A DNA stretch of 64,000 nucleotides from an uncultured virus (IMG/VR IMGVR_UViG_3300047094_000158). Lineage: Duplodnaviria; Heunggongvirae; Uroviricota; Caudoviricetes. Under the pieces are notes generated by a model. It saw only the letters and a list, made by a program, of their open reading frames with translations, did no database searches and was not told the DNA's origin. Both the position numbers and the translations under genes were made by a program. Below, piece after piece: positions 41,056 to 51,338 of this stretch; within the stretch, counting starts at the first letter, position 1, and every line of letters begins with the position of its first letter. The DNA is taken from the IMG/VR virus record IMGVR_UViG_3300047094_000158. One strand, written 5' to 3'.

Positions 41056-41814
41056 TGGATTTACCTCCTTAGTAATCTTAATTGTATTAATGCCTTTAGC
41101 ACTATCAACTAAGAATTTTATCATTTCTACGTTATCTTTATCGTTTTTTTCTATAAAGCCAATATTTTGCATTTTGTTTCCAGTTACTGGACTTGTTACT
41201 GAATCAGAGTCTGAGACCATAACAATGCCGTTTTCTGAATCCCAGAATACGTTTTCAATTTCTGTTTTTGACAAATAACCTTCAACAACGTTTTGTCCAT
41301 TTACTTTTTCAATAGACACAATGTTTGCAAACTGATTTGCTGGATTGTCTACAAGAGAAAGTTCATGCAATTCATAAGTTTTAATTACACGAACTGTTTT
41401 GTCAATTTTTTCATCATAAGCATCGTCCCAAGTTTTAATGTTTCCGCCAATTGAAAAACCAGTATATGTTCCGTCTAAAACTTTTTCCCATGCATCTTGT
41501 GCACCCTTAGAAACATAAGCAGATACGTAAACTCCGCTGTAAAATTTTTTGTCACTAGGATCAAAATACTTATCTTCTTTAAAAGAAACAATTTTTCCTA
41601 CAGCACTTGGCTGATGCATTTCACGAAGATTGCCACGGAAATTCTTAAAAGCCTCTATACTAGATTCTGTTGTAACGATGTCACCTTGACGGTCAACATT
41701 GTCAAGCGTAGCAAAACCAGACACCATACGGCGTTCAACGTCTATTTTTCCAATGGGCATTGAAAGGCGAACATTGTCACCTTTAGTTTCCCAATGAGCC
41801 TTATTTATTAACAT
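40480..41814 (-). CDS. Prohead protease fused to scaffold
   Basis: DRQGD, LREMH, GFSIGG, ELSLVDNPAN (HK97-type protease); acidic Ala/Glu-rich coiled C-half. Confidence 0.9.
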   Translation of the reverse strand: MLINKAHWETKGDNVRLSMPIGKIDVERRMVSGFATLDNVDRQGDIVTTESSIEAFKNFRGNLREMHQPSAVGKIVSFKEDKYFDPSDKKFYSGVYVSAYVSKGAQDAWEKVLDGTYTGFSIGGNIKTWDDAYDEKIDKTVRVIKTYELHELSLVDNPANQFANIVSIEKVNGQNVVEGYLSKTEIENVFWDSENGIVMVSDSDSVTSPVTGNKMQNIGFIEKNDKDNVEMIKFLVDSAKGINTIKITKEVNPMTESTEAVIETAVENAEVAPEAQPAEVTLEAATEVVAEAKETPAIAEEAPAVEELAVAKSDDASADSSVAKAAVEVENAVEKSVADVKEEVAKAVSEINSSLTNAFGDLAETIKSLNEKVTAVTKSLESVTSDVNGIKNNFNEFGKRVDLVEQDTAFRKSGDLGEIVQESPQVIHKTLWGGRFLTNADLFN

Positions 41815-41854
41815 AACGTTATAATTATAGCACTGGTTTATATACTTTTCTCAA

Positions 41855-43459
41855 TTATTGAGACGATCTACCTTCACCTTGTGCATTTCGTCCAGATATT
41901 GTAGTTGGTGAGTCAGAATTATTATTTGTTCTTTCTGAATCTCTTTCACGGTTTCCTGCCAAATTTGCTCTAGCATCAGTTGCCTGTCTTGGTGACATCA
42001 CAAATGGTTCATCTCCGTCTACTCTCAATGGCAAGTCTAATTTTTCACGAGCCTCGTTTGGAGTCATAACTTGAGTTTTTACGTATCTTTCAATAATTTG
42101 AGATTGTGCAATTTCGTCAGTTAGGGTTAGTTCGTTAAATTTAAGTTCAAGGATGTCGGTTTTTTCTCGTATAATCTTGTTTACAACTTTTTCCAAATGT
42201 CTTTGTGCTGGACGAGAAACCTGTTCTTTAAATGTACGATCTTGAGAAAGTGCTGCTGCGATGCTTGCAGAGTCTGCACCACCTAGTTTTGAAATAGGAA
42301 CTTGATGTGCAATTAAAATATCATCACGGTTTTGCTTGCGATACTCTTTAAATGAGCCATCTTGAATACCGTTTTCAATTGGTTCCATCTTAAATTCAAC
42401 TTTATTCCCCTCTGTGTCTCCAGGAAGCGGGATATAAAGTGTTCTATGTGACTGAGCCTTAAGCCCAGTTTGTAAAAATCTAAACATTTTATCTTCAGCA
42501 TCACCTGAAAGTTTTGCACCCTTTAGGGTTACAACATATCTCGGAACAGCCTTGTTTTCAAAGTAGTCAATATTGTATTGAGAGGCAAGTTGATCTCCGA
42601 TAAGAGATGGCATTGCTGCAATAATATCTGGAACACCATAAAATGTATTTAAAGGTGAGTATTGTTTTAAATGGATAATCTCATTTGGGCGTGGATCAGT
42701 ACCCAAAGGGTTTGCATTTTTTGCTCCAAAATTTCTAAAGTAAACTACTTTTTGACCAATAATCTGTACAAACCCATCACGCAAGCGTCGTATGCGGACA
42801 GTTGTTGCTGGAATATGTCCAACATAGCCAATTTCTCCAGCAGTTGTTCTACCTACTTCAATAAAACCATTACCTGTTGCCTGAAGGTCTGTGTAAACCT
42901 TCTCCATTGTTTTTGTAAAACTGTCATCATCATTTAAATTTTCTAGCCAGTCACGTACTTGAATCTTGGCTCTTTCAATACGACTACGAGCACGGCTTAC
43001 CGCACCTGCATCGTCATTCATTTCAAACCTTAATAAAGTTCTATCTGAAATATCAAAGCGATATCCAAGACCAACAATGTTTTCTACTTTAGCGTCAATA
43101 GCAGCATGGTTAGCAAATGATGTGTCATAGAAGTTGGCTAACTCATACATGTTATATGGAGGAGTGATTACGTCAAATAGTCCGTAACCATTTCTATATA
43201 CCGTGCCTGGATTGATTTGCTTAGATCCCGCATTTACTCCAGATGGGGTTGCATTTGCTGCGTCTAAGTATGCTTCATTAAATTCTGGTGCAGCATATTT
43301 TGTTAAATTGCGAGTTGTTCTACGACGAAAGTTTTGGTCAAGCCCAACATAATCTTTTAAAACATCCCAAGTTTTGTTAAATGGGTCATGTGATTTAAAA
43401 ATGTTGTCTTGTTTTTCTTCTGTATTAAGACTTGCACGGATATACTGTTCTTCACTCAT
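41855..43459 (-). CDS. Portal protein
   Basis: TGNGFIEV, EIIHLKQYSP..YGVP, YFENKAVP, MTPNEARE; start moved to MSEEQY at 43459. Confidence 0.92.
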   Translation of the reverse strand: MSEEQYIRASLNTEEKQDNIFKSHDPFNKTWDVLKDYVGLDQNFRRRTTRNLTKYAAPEFNEAYLDAANATPSGVNAGSKQINPGTVYRNGYGLFDVITPPYNMYELANFYDTSFANHAAIDAKVENIVGLGYRFDISDRTLLRFEMNDDAGAVSRARSRIERAKIQVRDWLENLNDDDSFTKTMEKVYTDLQATGNGFIEVGRTTAGEIGYVGHIPATTVRIRRLRDGFVQIIGQKVVYFRNFGAKNANPLGTDPRPNEIIHLKQYSPLNTFYGVPDIIAAMPSLIGDQLASQYNIDYFENKAVPRYVVTLKGAKLSGDAEDKMFRFLQTGLKAQSHRTLYIPLPGDTEGNKVEFKMEPIENGIQDGSFKEYRKQNRDDILIAHQVPISKLGGADSASIAAALSQDRTFKEQVSRPAQRHLEKVVNKIIREKTDILELKFNELTLTDEIAQSQIIERYVKTQVMTPNEAREKLDLPLRVDGDEPFVMSPRQATDARANLAGNRERDSERTNNNSDSPTTISGRNAQGEGRSSQ

Positions 43460-43847
43460 CCATTGCTCCTCTTCCATGTTTTTCTAATGTTTGTTGTGCT
43501 GCATGCCAAGCACCTAAGTCATTCATTGAAGGAATTAATCCTTCTTTTAATCTTGCTTTTTGTTCAGAATATTCTTCTTCACTAACCTGAGTTAGCCCTG
43601 GAACAAATACCGCTTTACCAAGTCCATCATCTCCGTGATGCATTGCAACCTTTTTTAACTCTGCAATTTTTGCAATGTCTCCACGGTCGGACGGGATATT
43701 TAGAACTGAGCCTTCTTCGTCCGTAAACCATTTACCAGCAGATGTCTTATATACGTAAAGACCCCAGTCATAATGCTTATCTATTACCTGACGACGTACA
43801 TTTTTGACATAAGGCTTACCAGTTTTTGGATTAATTAAAGATTCCAT
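43452..43847 (-). CDS. Hypothetical protein upstream of portal
   Basis: ORF with likely leaderless ATG 7 nt after TGCTATACT (43855-43863). Confidence 0.75.
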   Translation of the reverse strand: MESLINPKTGKPYVKNVRRQVIDKHYDWGLYVYKTSAGKWFTDEEGSVLNIPSDRGDIAKIAELKKVAMHHGDDGLGKAVFVPGLTQVSEEEYSEQKARLKEGLIPSMNDLGAWHAAQQTLEKHGRGAMDE

Positions 43848-43865
43848 AACCACAAGTATAGCAGA

Positions 43866-46800
43866 TTATACTGGTGTGGATACGTTAGTTGACCAATCTA
43901 CTTCTGCATACACATTTAATTTTTCAGGCTGATAGACTAAGCCTTCTCCATCATCAACAATTATTTTATTTGTGCCTGTATACGTTTTATAAATATCTGA
44001 TGGATTAATTCCATAGAACTCTGATGATCCTATTACTAACATACCGTCCCAGGTAAAGTTATTGAACCAGAACTGCCAGTCATTTGTCGTAATGCCGTCT
44101 GTTAATACCTTAAACCATGGCCTAAATGTTCTACTTTCAACTTCCTGTAGGCTGTTTGCTTGATAATATGCAATATTATTAAATAATATCGGACCAGTCA
44201 AATTTATGCTTCCAAGATATGAATTATAGACAAGAGAAGTTAAAAATGATATACCTATTGAAGACCACGCTTTAAGAGATAAAACTGGTTCTTTTACTAA
44301 AATTCCATTTAAATAAAATCCAACACCATTGTATGGAACACCGTTCTGATTTAAAACAAACACCCTACCTCTATTTAAGTCTTCACTGTTTGCCTGTAAG
44401 TAAAATTTTAAAGTTCCATCTTTATGATTAATTTCAAAAATCTCTGTTGCTGTTGCTGGAAATGCGTCTTGATCATACTTTAACCACAACTGCATAGCAC
44501 TTACCTTATATTCTGTTGCTAACTCCCTGTTAATCGGCAGATTTATTCCACGATTTTCTAAAATGTTAATTTCACCACGAACCTCAATTCCAGATGTTTT
44601 CGTTAAATGTAGGTATGGGGTGCTTTCTTTATATATACTAAAAGGATTTTTAGACTTATAATCAAAATAAATACCATTCTTTTTATATGGAAACAGGTCT
44701 ACTCCAAATCTGGTTCCTATGGGATTAAAAGAGTTATCATTAAATGCCTGAGATGCCAACTGTAACTTATTTAATAAAATCGGCTTAGTTAAAACTCCAC
44801 GACTATTGAACTCAAGGCTGTAGACAATTGCAAGTTGATTAAAGTCTACCGACTTAATTGGATAAATTAATGTATTATTCAAAACTTCAAATCTAGTTGT
44901 TTCCCAATTTTCATAATTATTTAAGTCAAGCACTTTATGCTCATCTGGCGCTTCTTCATTAGCAAAAAGATTGGGGTTATTTGCACCATCGGCAACATAT
45001 TGAAATGTTACATAACTTTTTATCTGTGCACCATCTGTATTGTAATAATAAGAAGATGCCCCAGACTCTTGTTCTAAAGTAGTTGTTGTTGGATACCCTA
45101 AATTAAACTGTAAAAAATCTATTTCATAAAACTCTTGATTGTTACTATTTTTTACAAACTGAGCAAAATAAGAAAGTGGAAGGTAGTCTTGCCAGGATCC
45201 AGCAACACCTATGTCTAAGAAATATTTTTCATAAGCCTCTGATGGAAGTATAGTGTAACTAGAAGTATGGTTGATCAACTCTTGACCCTTATCTATTTCA
45301 ATAAATCCGTTGATGTCAACATAATCTGTTATTTTTGTAGAATTTAATGTTGTAGATAATCCTACAGAATAAAGCCTTCCAGTAAATGTAAACTCTCCAG
45401 AATCTTCTCCACACACATACATTTTTAACGAACTTTGATTTCCAAAAAATGAATTTACGTTGCTGCCAAATTTTTCTGACATTTTTTTTATATTAAATCC
45501 AACTGAAAAAAGACTGTTGGCAGAAATGGCGCTAGAAGTAAAAAGTAACTGGGTAACTCCATTATAGGTTAAAGAATATTTAATTAAATTTCCATCTTTA
45601 AAAATTGTAAAGTAGTTATTATTTAAAGGGTTGTATATTTTAAATAATATTTCATCTGATGCTAAGTTGTGCGAACTAAACACTCCATAGCAACTTTCAA
45701 CTTCGCTTGGCAATAAGTTAAATGTTGAAAAATTTATGTATGACTCAACAGAATTCCAAGTGTTGTTAGGTCTAAATGATAAAAACTTATTATTAATAAC
45801 AGGCCCAGACTCATTATCTTGTGCATCTTTGTTGTCGTCGTATAAATCTTGTAATGTTTTAGTGCCTAAAAATATTTCTGGCAAATTATAATCTGGAGTT
45901 CTTAAACTTGTTTGAGTAGTTGTTAAATTGTCAAAACTGCCTTGATCCCAGCCAGCAAAATCTGGATAATTGTAATTAGCGGTATAGTCTGCAAATGAAT
46001 AATCTATAAAAGCGGTGGTTCCGCCATAAGACGAATTAATTCCTTCTGCAGAAATAACCCCTTGACCATAAACCCATCTACGTTTTGCAACTGTAATTGG
46101 AACTTGGTAAGAATATATAGCAACACAATCAAGTTCAAATGGATATACGTTGCTGCTTGCATAAAAGCCTAGCCAGTCTTGACTATTTCCGCTGTTGTCA
46201 AGTTCTTCTGGAAAAATTAAACTAGCGGTATCTAAAGATAATGATAAAACTTCTTCACCATTAACTAACAAAGATGCAGAATTTTTAATTAAACGAATAT
46301 GAATAAGCATTGGTCTAAACCATTCGCCTACAAAGTGCGATGCAAATTGATCTCCAACAACTAATGTTAAAAATCCATCTTCAACATATAACCCATCCTC
46401 TGAGGATATTGGGCCAAATACTTTAAATGGTGTAGATGTATTTGCTGCTATTCTTGCCCAAAATTCAATAGTGTAGTCGTTGTATTGTCCTTTTTTATTT
46501 AAAAATCCTTTTCCTGGAATAATCAAAGATGCATCAGTGTTTGGTTCTAATCGTGTTACTCCGCTGGCACCATAAACTAATGGAATGCCAGTATTTTTAC
46601 ATTTTAACCCACCCTCAGTAATATAGTATCCAGAATCTTCTGCTATTCCGTATGCTTCTGCTTTTACCGCATTGTATCCGCCATAAATACTTATATCTGA
46701 AGGAACTTCAATTTCTGTTATTCCGTTTAAAGAATAAGTGTTAAACTCTTCATTCCATTGCCCCAAGGTAATACCATTAACATAAAATTCATTATCTTCA

Positions 46801-47330
46801 GAAGTTACTGATCCTTCAAAAACTTTAATCTTAAAAACAATCCTTAGTTGTGCAGAAACATTTGGTATTTCAAAAGTTTCAGAAATAAATCCCCATTTTT
46901 GATAAAGAGTTGTTGTAAAAGTTTTTAAATTTTGAACTATCAATGACGTGTCTGGATCAGTGTACTCGTACCCTATTGACACTGTTTGTAAAAATAAACT
47001 ATTTGAATAAAAATAAGATCCGACAGTAAAAGTTCCAAGATCTTCAAAAGTATTAAGGTTAAGTATGTTTGGACTAATAACTGATGCTTCAAGCGTTTCT
47101 GATAAAGGTACGTCAACCCTAATTCTTGATAAATGACTATCTACAAAAGGTTTGTTTATATCTGCAGCAGAGGCTGCAAGAGCAGCATTTGTTGGTGTCC
47201 AGAAAGTTGCAAGATTGCGTTGGGCTTCAGATATTAAACTCTTATAATCAAGTTTGTCGTCTAAGGCCCACAAGACTACTGGATGCTCAGAATATATTTT
47301 TTCTGCATATAAATTTGATGGGGTAGACAT
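43866..47330 (-). CDS. Large virion protein with LamG/concanavalin-A-like domains
   Basis: HPVVLWALDD, YTIEFWARI, LLVNGEEV, DCVAIY LamG-type motifs; promoter TGCTATAAT at 47348-47356. Confidence 0.65.
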   Translation of the reverse strand: MSTPSNLYAEKIYSEHPVVLWALDDKLDYKSLISEAQRNLATFWTPTNAALAASAADINKPFVDSHLSRIRVDVPLSETLEASVISPNILNLNTFEDLGTFTVGSYFYSNSLFLQTVSIGYEYTDPDTSLIVQNLKTFTTTLYQKWGFISETFEIPNVSAQLRIVFKIKVFEGSVTSEDNEFYVNGITLGQWNEEFNTYSLNGITEIEVPSDISIYGGYNAVKAEAYGIAEDSGYYITEGGLKCKNTGIPLVYGASGVTRLEPNTDASLIIPGKGFLNKKGQYNDYTIEFWARIAANTSTPFKVFGPISSEDGLYVEDGFLTLVVGDQFASHFVGEWFRPMLIHIRLIKNSASLLVNGEEVLSLSLDTASLIFPEELDNSGNSQDWLGFYASSNVYPFELDCVAIYSYQVPITVAKRRWVYGQGVISAEGINSSYGGTTAFIDYSFADYTANYNYPDFAGWDQGSFDNLTTTQTSLRTPDYNLPEIFLGTKTLQDLYDDNKDAQDNESGPVINNKFLSFRPNNTWNSVESYINFSTFNLLPSEVESCYGVFSSHNLASDEILFKIYNPLNNNYFTIFKDGNLIKYSLTYNGVTQLLFTSSAISANSLFSVGFNIKKMSEKFGSNVNSFFGNQSSLKMYVCGEDSGEFTFTGRLYSVGLSTTLNSTKITDYVDINGFIEIDKGQELINHTSSYTILPSEAYEKYFLDIGVAGSWQDYLPLSYFAQFVKNSNNQEFYEIDFLQFNLGYPTTTTLEQESGASSYYYNTDGAQIKSYVTFQYVADGANNPNLFANEEAPDEHKVLDLNNYENWETTRFEVLNNTLIYPIKSVDFNQLAIVYSLEFNSRGVLTKPILLNKLQLASQAFNDNSFNPIGTRFGVDLFPYKKNGIYFDYKSKNPFSIYKESTPYLHLTKTSGIEVRGEINILENRGINLPINRELATEYKVSAMQLWLKYDQDAFPATATEIFEINHKDGTLKFYLQANSEDLNRGRVFVLNQNGVPYNGVGFYLNGILVKEPVLSLKAWSSIGISFLTSLVYNSYLGSINLTGPILFNNIAYYQANSLQEVESRTFRPWFKVLTDGITTNDWQFWFNNFTWDGMLVIGSSEFYGINPSDIYKTYTGTNKIIVDDGEGLVYQPEKLNVYAEVDWSTNVSTPV

Positions 47331-47365
47331 ATTTCTCCTATCCCCTTATTATAGCAGGACGAAAA

Positions 47366-49396
47366 TTAATATAGTTTAATTTCGCAAGCGTCTGTTGAAC
47401 AATACCTTTCAGACTCTGCATCAAGATTATCCTTACCATCATAAATAGCAGACCAATCAATTTTACCAATTTTACCAACATAAGAGTTATATTCTTCTCT
47501 TGTGATGTTTGTGTATGGCTGTTGTGGATAAGTCTTGTTACCCATAGGTAAAAATGAAACTGCCTTTAGTTGACCTTCATGCATGTGTAATGCTGGGGCA
47601 ATGTGCTTGGTCTCAGACTCTTTGTCAAATGATAAGGTTACCGATACTCCATTATCAGACCAATACTTTTGAGCAGTAGCAGCCAAACCAATTTTTTCAA
47701 AAAGACTTACATCTTTTTCAGATCTTGGATGTCCAGACGCTACTGGAAAATATACTACTGATGTGTTTGCAGATACTAGGTCTGCTTCAATTTTATACCC
47801 TGCTGCTTTAAATAAATGAAGCATTGGATCTGTATTTCCAAACCTAATAGCACGAAGATAGAATGCTCCTCCAGGACCCCAATGAACTCCAGGAGTTGCA
47901 CCAGAAAGCAAAGATACAGAGCCAGAAGGTTTGACGGTAGTTACACGAATTGATTCACGTACACATAGCCATTCTGAGTATGAGTGATCGTATGAACGAA
48001 TCTTTTTATACCCTTCGTCCATCCATTCACGAATTATTGGCATGCCTTTTGTATCTGCAAATGACGCAATGCCAGTTAGCGATGTTCCAATACGACGGTT
48101 ACGTTGCATAATTCCATTTGTGGTTTGCCAATGTGTTGGCATTAATGTAACAGTCTTTCCATACAAATATGCAAACTTTAACGTACGAAGAAAATCTTCT
48201 TTATCTTCATGACGGTTTAAGTGAACCTCTACCAGTGTACATAGTTCATAACTTTCTAAGGGTTGTTCGGCGCAAGGGTTAAATCCCATAACACGAGAAT
48301 CTTTATGGTCTGGAGCATCCGCTAATCTTCCATAATCTCTAGCAACGTCTAACCAAATAAATCCTGGCTCACCATTATCTGCAATTAAGTCAACATAGTC
48401 TTCATATTTTGTTCCAACCTCTGCAGCGATAGAATTATTAGACATCCAAGCCCATCCTGGATTTTCTGAATCAAATGAGTTTCTATCTGGAAAAGCCTCT
48501 GCATTTTTTAAATTAATAAAATCTTTATCTTCTGGTAGTCCTAAAGCCAAGGTAGCAGAACGACGAACATTTCCAGAAACAACACACGTACCAATAAGGT
48601 TTACAATGTCTACTATTGCACGAGAATCAAGTATTTCTCCTGCTCTACCGCCAATTACCCTGTCTATCTTACTATGTAGTGCAATGAGTGGTTCTGGACC
48701 GCTAGCAACCCCTCCAAAGCCTTTTATAGGGGCACCTAGTGGACGGATAAGGTCATAATTAAACTTCTGTATAGCCTGATTGGGGCGCAGGTATGAGTTT
48801 AAAAGCATTCTTACTGAGTCAACCCAACCCTCACGAGTATCTGGAATATCCCATACATTTTCTGGTTCTGTTGGAGAATAGATTGACATTTCTTTGTCTT
48901 GACCAAGGGTATCAAACCCCACTCCAATACCCAACATTAAAGCATCCATAACCCAAGCAAATAGTGCTCCTGGATCATTACGATCAATATCACGAGTAGA
49001 AACCATAGCGCAATTCTGAAGAGAGGCAGAGTTACGTTTTTCCATAGTCATTGGAGTTCCAAATGCCCAAAGTCCTCTACCTGGCGGAGTCCATTTTAAT
49101 TCAAACATTCTTTGAAAGGCTTCTTGAGCAGACTTTTGAGCCTTATTATCATTCCATGGAAGTCTATTGTCTTTAGCGTGGTTTTTTTGTACAGAGTACA
49201 TTCCTTCAATTACTCGCTTGCAAACCTCATGCCATCTTTCTTTAGTTCCATTATCTTTCATCCTAGAGTATGTACGTATAAAGGTAATCTCTCCTAAAGA
49301 GTTTGACCCAGCATCTGAAAAGCCAAATGGGGCTGGTGCCTCAATATATTTATTTACAAACTCATCTGACAAACGAAAAGAAAAAATATCTGACAT
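47366..49396 (-). CDS. nrdJ: Class II (adenosylcobalamin-dependent) ribonucleotide reductase, monomeric RTPR type
   Basis: PPGRGLW, LQNC, GNVRRSA, NPCAEQ, TTVKPSG, C-terminal CSTDAC. Confidence 0.93.
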   Translation of the reverse strand: MSDIFSFRLSDEFVNKYIEAPAPFGFSDAGSNSLGEITFIRTYSRMKDNGTKERWHEVCKRVIEGMYSVQKNHAKDNRLPWNDNKAQKSAQEAFQRMFELKWTPPGRGLWAFGTPMTMEKRNSASLQNCAMVSTRDIDRNDPGALFAWVMDALMLGIGVGFDTLGQDKEMSIYSPTEPENVWDIPDTREGWVDSVRMLLNSYLRPNQAIQKFNYDLIRPLGAPIKGFGGVASGPEPLIALHSKIDRVIGGRAGEILDSRAIVDIVNLIGTCVVSGNVRRSATLALGLPEDKDFINLKNAEAFPDRNSFDSENPGWAWMSNNSIAAEVGTKYEDYVDLIADNGEPGFIWLDVARDYGRLADAPDHKDSRVMGFNPCAEQPLESYELCTLVEVHLNRHEDKEDFLRTLKFAYLYGKTVTLMPTHWQTTNGIMQRNRRIGTSLTGIASFADTKGMPIIREWMDEGYKKIRSYDHSYSEWLCVRESIRVTTVKPSGSVSLLSGATPGVHWGPGGAFYLRAIRFGNTDPMLHLFKAAGYKIEADLVSANTSVVYFPVASGHPRSEKDVSLFEKIGLAATAQKYWSDNGVSVTLSFDKESETKHIAPALHMHEGQLKAVSFLPMGNKTYPQQPYTNITREEYNSYVGKIGKIDWSAIYDGKDNLDAESERYCSTDACEIKLY

Positions 49397-49472
49397 TTAT
49401 GTTCCAACTTTCTATTAAAATACTATAAGTACTTTGTAAAATTCAAAGTAGTGTTAAGTATATCATAGAATT

Positions 49473-49504
49473 AAAAAGAAAAACACGCTTGTTTAAGGCG
49501 TGTT
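49473..49504 (-). terminator. Intrinsic terminator after fibre operon
   Basis: AACACGC/GCGTGTT stem followed by a U-rich run on the minus strand. Confidence 0.75.
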
Positions 49505-49535
49505 AATCTTTAGTTAAGGGTTAGTGCTTTGTATT

Positions 49536-50825
49536 TTAGTAAGCACCCATAATTATGATTGCTTCGTCTACTCCTGCTGCAGGTGTTGACCAAGATAAAA
49601 TTGCAGAGCCATCTGTTGTTAAAACCTGATTAGCAGTTCCATCTGTTGAAGGAAGTGTCCATACCTTATTTGCTGCAACAGTTTCTGGAGATTTAAAACC
49701 AACATAGTGACTTGAGTCTGTATCTGCAAGTCTAAGTTCTGCTGTAGCATTAAGAGTAAATGATGTTGTTGCTACCGCACTTCCTAATGTTTTATTAGTA
49801 AGGGTTTCTGAAACATCTTTAAGCAAAGTGCCATTCATATGATATGACTTGCCTGAAGCAAGATTAATATGTTCTGATGAAGTCCAAGCGTCTGTAGCGT
49901 CTACCCAGTTAAAGGTTTTATCAGTTGTTCCTTTTAATGTTATACCGCCACCATCTGCAGTTGCGTCTGCTGGTTCTGTAGTGTCTCCAAGAACAATGTT
50001 TTTATCTTCAACAACAAGGTTCGTTGAATTAATATTTGTTGTTGTTCCATTAACTGTTAAGTTACCAGAAAGAGTTAAATCTGTTCCAGATACCGCCCCA
50101 GTAAATGTTGCTCCTGAAAGATTTGCTTTTAGATTAAGTTCTGTTTGAGTTGCAGTTGAGACTGGTTTATTTGCATCTGTTGTATTATCAACATTTGCAA
50201 GACCAACGTCTGTTTTTGTAATTCCAGTAGGTGTATTGATTACTGGAGAAGTTAAAGTTTTGTTTGTAAGTGTTTCTGTTTTTGAAGCAGTTGACTTATC
50301 GTCTAGTTGGGTTTGAATTGCTGAAGTAACACCATTAAGGTATCCAATTTCGGTATCAGACACATCTGTAACACGAGCCTGAATTGTTGTGGTGTCTACT
50401 GCCAAAGTTAGTGTGTTTGCGCCATCGTTATAAGTCTTTGTTATACCTGTACCCGCAGTTAGTGCAGAATCAATAGCATCTTGTGAAAGTTCTGAAATAT
50501 CAGATGTTAGGGCTACTGTGCCTGTTGCATCTGGAAAAGTAATTGTACGGTCAGCAGTTGGGTCTGTTATTGCAAGAGTTGTCTCAAAATCATTTGCGGT
50601 AGCGCCTTCAAAAGTAATGCTTGAACCAAAAGCAGGGTTAACGGTAGAGTTAACATCAGAGAAGTAGTCTAGGCTTGTCCAGTTATTTACACCATCACCA
50701 ATTTTAAATTTATTTGTGTCTGATTCCCAACCCATTTCGCCAGCATTTAATACTGGTCCTGCTCCTCCGTTTGTAGAGATCCACTGCGCTGCAGTTCCTC
50801 TACGCTGTTGCATTCTGGTTGCCAT
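49536..50825 (-). CDS. Fibre protein with Mtd_N-like N-terminal domain and C-terminal IIMGAY tag
   Basis: MQQRRGTAAQW...GEMGWESDTNKFKIGDG..W..LDY; shared fibre repeat modules; LTNKTL repeats. Confidence 0.8.
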   Translation of the reverse strand: MATRMQQRRGTAAQWISTNGGAGPVLNAGEMGWESDTNKFKIGDGVNNWTSLDYFSDVNSTVNPAFGSSITFEGATANDFETTLAITDPTADRTITFPDATGTVALTSDISELSQDAIDSALTAGTGITKTYNDGANTLTLAVDTTTIQARVTDVSDTEIGYLNGVTSAIQTQLDDKSTASKTETLTNKTLTSPVINTPTGITKTDVGLANVDNTTDANKPVSTATQTELNLKANLSGATFTGAVSGTDLTLSGNLTVNGTTTNINSTNLVVEDKNIVLGDTTEPADATADGGGITLKGTTDKTFNWVDATDAWTSSEHINLASGKSYHMNGTLLKDVSETLTNKTLGSAVATTSFTLNATAELRLADTDSSHYVGFKSPETVAANKVWTLPSTDGTANQVLTTDGSAILSWSTPAAGVDEAIIIMGAY

Positions 50826-50861
50826 GTTACTCCCTATACTTAGTTATATTATAACAGATAA

Positions 50862-51320
50862 TTAATTAAAATTATCTGTTGCTATCCCGCCGTCATACGT
50901 TGCTTCAAATTCTGTAGTGTTATAAAGTCCAGCACTTACAAGAACTCCAGGTTCATAATAAAACCCAGCATCAATAAATCTACTTACAACCAATCCAGTT
51001 CCATCAATTGATGTGTCATGAATATGGTCTTGTAGCGTTTCTGCATCTTCAAGTGTTGCAATAGCAATCCATTGACTACTATAATAAACGTGAACACGCT
51101 GTGTTACTGTGTCAAACCATAAATCTCCATTATCTGGAGAAACTGGCTGTGTTTCACTAACTGGAATTGTTGGTGAACTTACTGCATTGTCTACATAAAG
51201 TTTTGTTGCTGCATGTGCGTTTTCAGTAGGAGTGGCAACTGTAACAGTTCCTCCAAAAGTACCGCCATCGGCTACTGCAATGCCGTGCTTTACTCTAAAG
51301 TCTCTATTAGTAGTTGCCAC
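50862..51320 (-). CDS. Short fibre linker protein
   Basis: N-terminal DFRVKHG, HAATKLYVD trimer motif, NGDLWFD...W knob, C-terminal YDGG. Confidence 0.7.
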   Translation of the reverse strand: MATTNRDFRVKHGIAVADGGTFGGTVTVATPTENAHAATKLYVDNAVSSPTIPVSETQPVSPDNGDLWFDTVTQRVHVYYSSQWIAIATLEDAETLQDHIHDTSIDGTGLVVSRFIDAGFYYEPGVLVSAGLYNTTEFEATYDGGIATDNFN

Positions 51321-51338
51321 TTCCGACCTCTATTCTAG

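Noticed and set aside
49397..49470. NrdR box or cobalamin riboswitch upstream of nrdJ
   Set aside because: No convincing match to the NrdR palindrome, and the leader (about 55 nt) is too short for a cobalamin riboswitch
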